NCBI GenBank assembly: GCA_937896365.1
Contig: CALBMH010000026.1
Coordinates: 14,480 to 78,479 of the forward strand
Direction: 5' to 3'
Source: an uncultured Alphaproteobacteria bacterium
GTDB taxonomy: Bacteria; Pseudomonadota; Alphaproteobacteria; Paracaedibacterales; JAKBAR01
DNA length: 64,000 nucleotides
Below are positions 60,437 through 64,000 of this stretch, piece after piece. Positions within the stretch are counted from its first letter, which is position 1. Each line of letters begins with the position of its first letter. The position numbers were made by a program, and so were the translations under genes. Below the pieces are notes generated by a model, which saw only the letters and a list, made by a program, of their open reading frames with translations, was not told where the DNA came from and ran no database searches.

Positions 60437-60446
60437 GATTTATCTC

Positions 60447-60881
60447 CTATGCACGGCCGCCACGAAGCAAACTAATGGCGTCTTGCTGCATCGATAAAGC
60501 TTTTTCATAAGCCTTTAAGCTCGCTTCGTAGCCCCGTTTAGCTTCCATAGCATCTGTCATCTCTACGGAAGATTTTACATTCGTCTCAAGAACATAGCCG
60601 TTTTCATCAGCACCCGGATCGCCTGGGCTATATGTTGTCGGAAAGGGGGTATGATCGCGCCCAATTTTTTTGACTTTAACAACCTCCACACCCTTTTTCC
60701 GATCAAGTTCTGTACCAAAAGCCACGGTTTTTCGCTGATAGGGCATTGCTCCTGGAGTAGATGCACGTGTTCCAGCATTGGCTAAATTTTGAGCGACTAC
60801 AAGCAGTCGTTGGGATTGAGCTTGCATACTAGATAAGGCTACGTGCAAAACCTTTTGTAATGTCGATACACCCATCATCAA
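60447..60881 (-). CDS. flgC: Flagellar basal-body rod protein FlgC
   Basis: LSSMQAQSQRLLVVAQNLANAGT, YSPGDPGADENGYV and VEMTDAMEAKRGYEASLKA. Confidence 0.92.
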   Translation of the reverse strand: MMMGVSTLQKVLHVALSSMQAQSQRLLVVAQNLANAGTRASTPGAMPYQRKTVAFGTELDRKKGVEVVKVKKIGRDHTPFPTTYSPGDPGADENGYVLETNVKSSVEMTDAMEAKRGYEASLKAYEKALSMQQDAISLLRGGRA

Positions 60882-60895
60882 AGCTTTCCCTTTCT

Positions 60896-61240
60896 CTAAC
60901 CTTTGCCGATCATAAGACGAATCATATCGTGATAACGCTTATAAATATGAATGAGGGATTGATATTCCATAGCGATATTTTGAAGATTAAGCACTTCTGA
61001 TTCACGGTTGATTTGTTCAGAGGTATTTACAACATCTGATTGTCTCAGATCCATATCAATATTTTTGCCTGTTTTTTTAATAACTTTATCGAAAGGTTTC
61101 ATTTCGCGGCGTTTAGCTTCAGGCATGTCAGCTTGGGAAACATTCCGTGATGCCTGGAATGCTGAGGCTTGCAAATAGCTGATTTTATGCGTCAAGAGTT
61201 TAAGAAGATTGGTGTTAAAGAAACCCAAACTATTTGACAT
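60896..61240 (-). CDS. flgB: Flagellar basal-body rod protein FlgB
   Basis: 114 aa in the first position of a flgB-flgC-fliE operon. N-terminal rod-protein segment ..YLQASAFQASRNVSQADMP. The sequence is divergent. Confidence 0.75.
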   Translation of the reverse strand: MSNSLGFFNTNLLKLLTHKISYLQASAFQASRNVSQADMPEAKRREMKPFDKVIKKTGKNIDMDLRQSDVVNTSEQINRESEVLNLQNIAMEYQSLIHIYKRYHDMIRLMIGKG

Positions 61241-61289
61241 TGATTTTAATAAAATATTTTCTTTTAGATTGATTATTCTCTTACAAAAC

Positions 61290-61304
61290 TTAAGAAAAAG
61301 TTAA
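61290..61304. promoter_or_regulatory. CtrA-box-like TTAA-N7-TTAA upstream of flgB
   Basis: TTAAGAAAAAGTTAA (reads TTAACTTTTTCTTAA on the flgB strand), 50-64 nt upstream of the flgB ATG. Confidence 0.3.
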
Positions 61305-61435
61305 TTTATGCACAAATTCCTAGGAGAGATAACAAAGGGAATTCCGAATAGAATGACACGTCTAAGAAAACTTAGAAGATATCCCTCTCGTCAAAAAATC
61401 TAAATCATGATAGTTTGGAATAAATTTAATAAAAA

Positions 61436-62587
61436 GTGGATGAACTCTTGAAGATCGCAGTTGCCAAAGAACAAGCGGCGCACGAGCATCGTGTGATCCT
61501 CACACCCGAAGGTGCTAAAAAGCTTATCACACTGGGTTATGCTGTTCACGTTCAAAAGGGCGCAGGAGAAAAAGCAGGCTTTTGGGATCATTCTTACGAG
61601 GAAACCGGAGCATGTATCCAAAGTGATGAAGAAGATCTGTATAAAGATGCACAAGTTTCTCTGCGCATTCAGCCCCTATCGAAGCAAGATATTGCCTATC
61701 TGCCTCCCCATAGCATTGTCATAGGACTCCTCAAGCCTCATTGCCATCCAGACGAACTAAAAGAATTAGCCGCTGAAAAAGTAACCTCCTTCTCTCTCGA
61801 ACTGATCCCGCGTATAACACGTGCCCAGAGTATGGATATTTTATCATCTCAAAGTAACTTAGCGGGATACAGGGCTGTTATTGAAGGCGCGCATGCTCTC
61901 AGCCGTGCCTTTCCCATGATGATGACCCCTGCTGGAACGATTGCCCCTGTGCGTGTGCTTATCCTAGGCGCAGGAGTTGCAGGACTCCAGGCCATTGCCA
62001 CAGCGAAGCGTTTAGGGGCTATTGTCTCAGCCTTTGATGTACGATCAGCGGCTAAGGAACAGGTGGAAAGTCTTGGTGCAACCTTTATATCCATCGCCAT
62101 GGAGGAATCGGGTGATGACACAGGGGGCTATGCCAAAGAAATGAGCGACGCTTACCAAAAGGCTCAGAAAGAAAAGTTAACAGATATTTTAAAATCGCAG
62201 GATCTTGTGATCACCACAGCTCAGATTCCTATGAAAAAAGCCCCTATACTCATTGATGAAGCAATGGTGGAAGAGATGAAAGATGGGGCAATGATTATTG
62301 ATCTTGCTAGTGAAACAGGAGGCAATTGTGCACTGACGAAACAGGGTCGTACCGTTATCCATAGAGGAGTTCGTATTTATGGTCCTGAAAATTGTGTGAG
62401 TTCTATCGCCCATGATGCAAGCAAGCTTTTGAGTCGCAACGTCGTTCACTTTATAACAAATTTGATAAGTGATGGTGTCCTTCAGTTTAACGACGCAATC
62501 GTCAAGGCAACCTGCCTAACCCATGAAGGGGCTATTGTTCACCCTCAATTCCAAACGCAACCTGTGTCAGAAGTGAAAGGAGACTAA
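61436..62587 (+). CDS. pntAA: NAD(P) transhydrogenase subunit alpha part 1
   Basis: GTG start. [31 protein letters not shown] and Rossmann [22 protein letters not shown]. Confidence 0.92.
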   Translation: MDELLKIAVAKEQAAHEHRVILTPEGAKKLITLGYAVHVQKGAGEKAGFWDHSYEETGACIQSDEEDLYKDAQVSLRIQPLSKQDIAYLPPHSIVIGLLKPHCHPDELKELAAEKVTSFSLELIPRITRAQSMDILSSQSNLAGYRAVIEGAHALSRAFPMMMTPAGTIAPVRVLILGAGVAGLQAIATAKRLGAIVSAFDVRSAAKEQVESLGATFISIAMEESGDDTGGYAKEMSDAYQKAQKEKLTDILKSQDLVITTAQIPMKKAPILIDEAMVEEMKDGAMIIDLASETGGNCALTKQGRTVIHRGVRIYGPENCVSSIAHDASKLLSRNVVHFITNLISDGVLQFNDAIVKATCLTHEGAIVHPQFQTQPVSEVKGD

Positions 62588-62589
62588 GC

Positions 62590-62991
62590 ATGCAAGCTGT
62601 TCTTGACAAGATGAACCAACTCACAGAGTCAGCCAAGCAACTTTTGCAGCATAGTAGCGAGCTTCAGCTATCTCTTGAAGGGATTCAATCGCTCCAGCCC
62701 CAAGGTGTGTTAGAGCCCTGGATTGTGGGATTGACGGTGTTCATTCTTGCCTGCTTTGTGGGTTATTACGTTGTGTGGCGCGTAACACCAGCGTTACACT
62801 CTCCCTTGATGGCGGTTACGAATGCGATTTCTAGCGTCATCATCGTGGGAGCCATTCTTGCAGCAGGCCCTGAGAGAAGCAGTGCCACGTTTCTGGGCTT
62901 TGCAGCTGTCTTTTTCGCTTCCATCAACATTTTCGGGGGGTTTATCGTCACACAGCGCATGCTTGACATGTTTTCTAGAAGTAAAAAATAA
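62590..62991 (+). CDS. pntAB: NAD(P) transhydrogenase subunit alpha part 2
   Basis: 133 aa membrane piece. [24 protein letters not shown] and [17 protein letters not shown]. Confidence 0.9.
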   Translation: MQAVLDKMNQLTESAKQLLQHSSELQLSLEGIQSLQPQGVLEPWIVGLTVFILACFVGYYVVWRVTPALHSPLMAVTNAISSVIIVGAILAAGPERSSATFLGFAAVFFASINIFGGFIVTQRMLDMFSRSKK

Positions 62992-63015
62992 GCCAAGGAT
63001 AGGAGTCCTTACACT

Positions 63016-64000
63016 ATGTCAGCCAATTTCACTGCGTTTCTTTACTTAATCTCAGCTGTTTGCTTTATCATGGCGTTGCGTGGTTTGTCCTCTGCGGCTA
63101 CATCGCGTACAGGTAATATATGTGGTATGGCAGGCATGGGCATTGCCATTCTCACAACGTTGTTCAGCCCTATCGTATCAACATACGGGCTTATTTGCAT
63201 GGCGCTAACGGCTGGTGGTTTTGTGGGTGCGACCATTGCTAAAAACATTAAGATGACAGCCTTACCGCAGCTAGTTGCAGGATTTCATAGTCTCGTCGGG
63301 CTTGCCGCTGTGTGTGTGGCTTTTGCAGCGTACTTTGAACCACAAGCTTACGGCATTGGTTTTCCTGGGAAAGTTAAGACTCTTAGCCTTTTGGAAATGA
63401 GCCTTGGTGCTATGATTGGTGCTTTGACGTTTTCGGGTTCCCTTGTGGCTTTTGGGAAATTGCAGGGCCTTATCTCGAGTAAGCCCCTTATTTTTTCGGG
63501 ACAGCACATATTTAATGCATTTTTAGGCGCTGTTGCTCTTATGGGTGTTCTTTTATTCATACTCACAGGCTCTCTTCCATTGTTTTACCTTATAACGATC
63601 CTTGCGTTTGCTTTGGGTTTCTTGATGATTCTTCCTATTGGTGGCGCAGATATGCCCGTTGTTGTGTCTATGCTCAATTCCTACTCAGGTTGGGCCGCAG
63701 TAGGAATTGGCTTCACCCTTTGTAATAATCTTTTGATTATCACTGGAGCTCTTGTGGGGGCGTCGGGTGCCATCCTTAGCTACATCATGTGCAAAGGGAT
63801 GAACCGGTCCATTCTTAATGTGATTTTGGGGGGATTTGGATCAGACACGCCTGAGATAGGGTCGGCCCTGCAAGATGAGCAAAACCGTGCTGTTAAGGTA
63901 AGTAATGGTGAAGATGCTGCGTTTATTCTCCACAATGCCAGAAGTGTAATTATTGTTCCTGGTTACGGTATGGCAGTGGCACAGGCTCAGCACGTTCTTC
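63016..64000 (+). CDS. pntB: NAD(P) transhydrogenase subunit beta, N-terminal ~328 codons (runs off the right edge)
   Basis: Absent from the ORF track because it has no stop. My translation from ATG 63016 reads MSANFTAFLYLISAVCFIMALRGLSSAATSRTGNICGMAGMGIAI...MTALPQLVAGFHSLVGLAAV..., which is typical PntB. Confidence 0.88.
   Translation, partial: MSANFTAFLYLISAVCFIMALRGLSSAATSRTGNICGMAGMGIAILTTLFSPIVSTYGLICMALTAGGFVGATIAKNIKMTALPQLVAGFHSLVGLAAVCVAFAAYFEPQAYGIGFPGKVKTLSLLEMSLGAMIGALTFSGSLVAFGKLQGLISSKPLIFSGQHIFNAFLGAVALMGVLLFILTGSLPLFYLITILAFALGFLMILPIGGADMPVVVSMLNSYSGWAAVGIGFTLCNNLLIITGALVGASGAILSYIMCKGMNRSILNVILGGFGSDTPEIGSALQDEQNRAVKVSNGEDAAFILHNARSVIIVPGYGMAVAQAQHVL

Noticed and set aside
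1-64000. Looked for CRISPR arrays, IS elements or transposases, integrases, toxin-antitoxin pairs, restriction-modification or other defence genes, rRNA operons and biosynthetic clusters.
   Set aside because: I saw none in the ORF translations or the sequence. No regularly spaced repeats were found, and no DDE, tyrosine-recombinase or other recognisable defence motifs.

Overview
This is a gene-dense 64-kb chromosomal window with about 70 calls. It appears to come from an alphaproteobacterium, probably a host-associated or partly reduced lineage. That placement is an inference from several features: a circularly permuted two-piece tmRNA, an SspB adaptor, nuoB-N followed by birA, split pntAA/pntAB/pntB, a Caulobacter-style fliF-fliG-fliH-fliN-flbD-flhA cluster, ThyX, decayed ORFs, and AT-rich islets encoding orphan signal-peptide proteins.

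Core content, left to right:
- amn (partial), ftsY, rpmI-rplT, kup, a MotB/OmpA-like protein, sspB and tmRNA, thyX, gltX, cysS, a SPOUT methyltransferase, a LysM/M23 lipoprotein, tRNA-Leu(GAG) and hslVU.
- An MFS gene coupled to an orphan YejA-like binding-protein gene, a divergent ABC exporter, mnmA, dgkA and a PAP2 phosphatase.
- A cobalamin-riboswitch-controlled btuB-tonB pair.
- petABC (bc1 complex) divergent from nuoBCDEFGHIJKLMN, with nuoA absent from its usual place.
- birA, flagellar class-II-type genes, asd, two tandem phospholipid-N-methyltransferase-like paralogs, hisC, fliE-flgC-flgB, and pntAA-pntAB-pntB (partial).

I saw no rRNA, CRISPR array, transposase, integrase or phage genes. 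I did not find a convincing multi-gene novel system such as a defence island, secretion locus or biosynthetic cluster.

The most unusual items are:
- (a) The tmRNA gene lies directly upstream of, and co-oriented with, sspB, and carries an atypical tag.
- (b) An orphan secreted protein carries two SV40-like basic clusters.
- (c) A binding-protein gene is translationally coupled to an MFS gene.
- (d) The riboswitch-btuB operon contains its own tonB.
- (e) An orphan secreted protease has thermolysin-like motifs.
- (f) A 33-nt near-perfect palindrome sits exactly midway between asd and the methyltransferase pair.
- (g) Three homopolymer-linked frame disruptions all fall in non-core genes.

All functional calls rest on motifs and family resemblance recalled from memory. 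No database search or covariance model was run.
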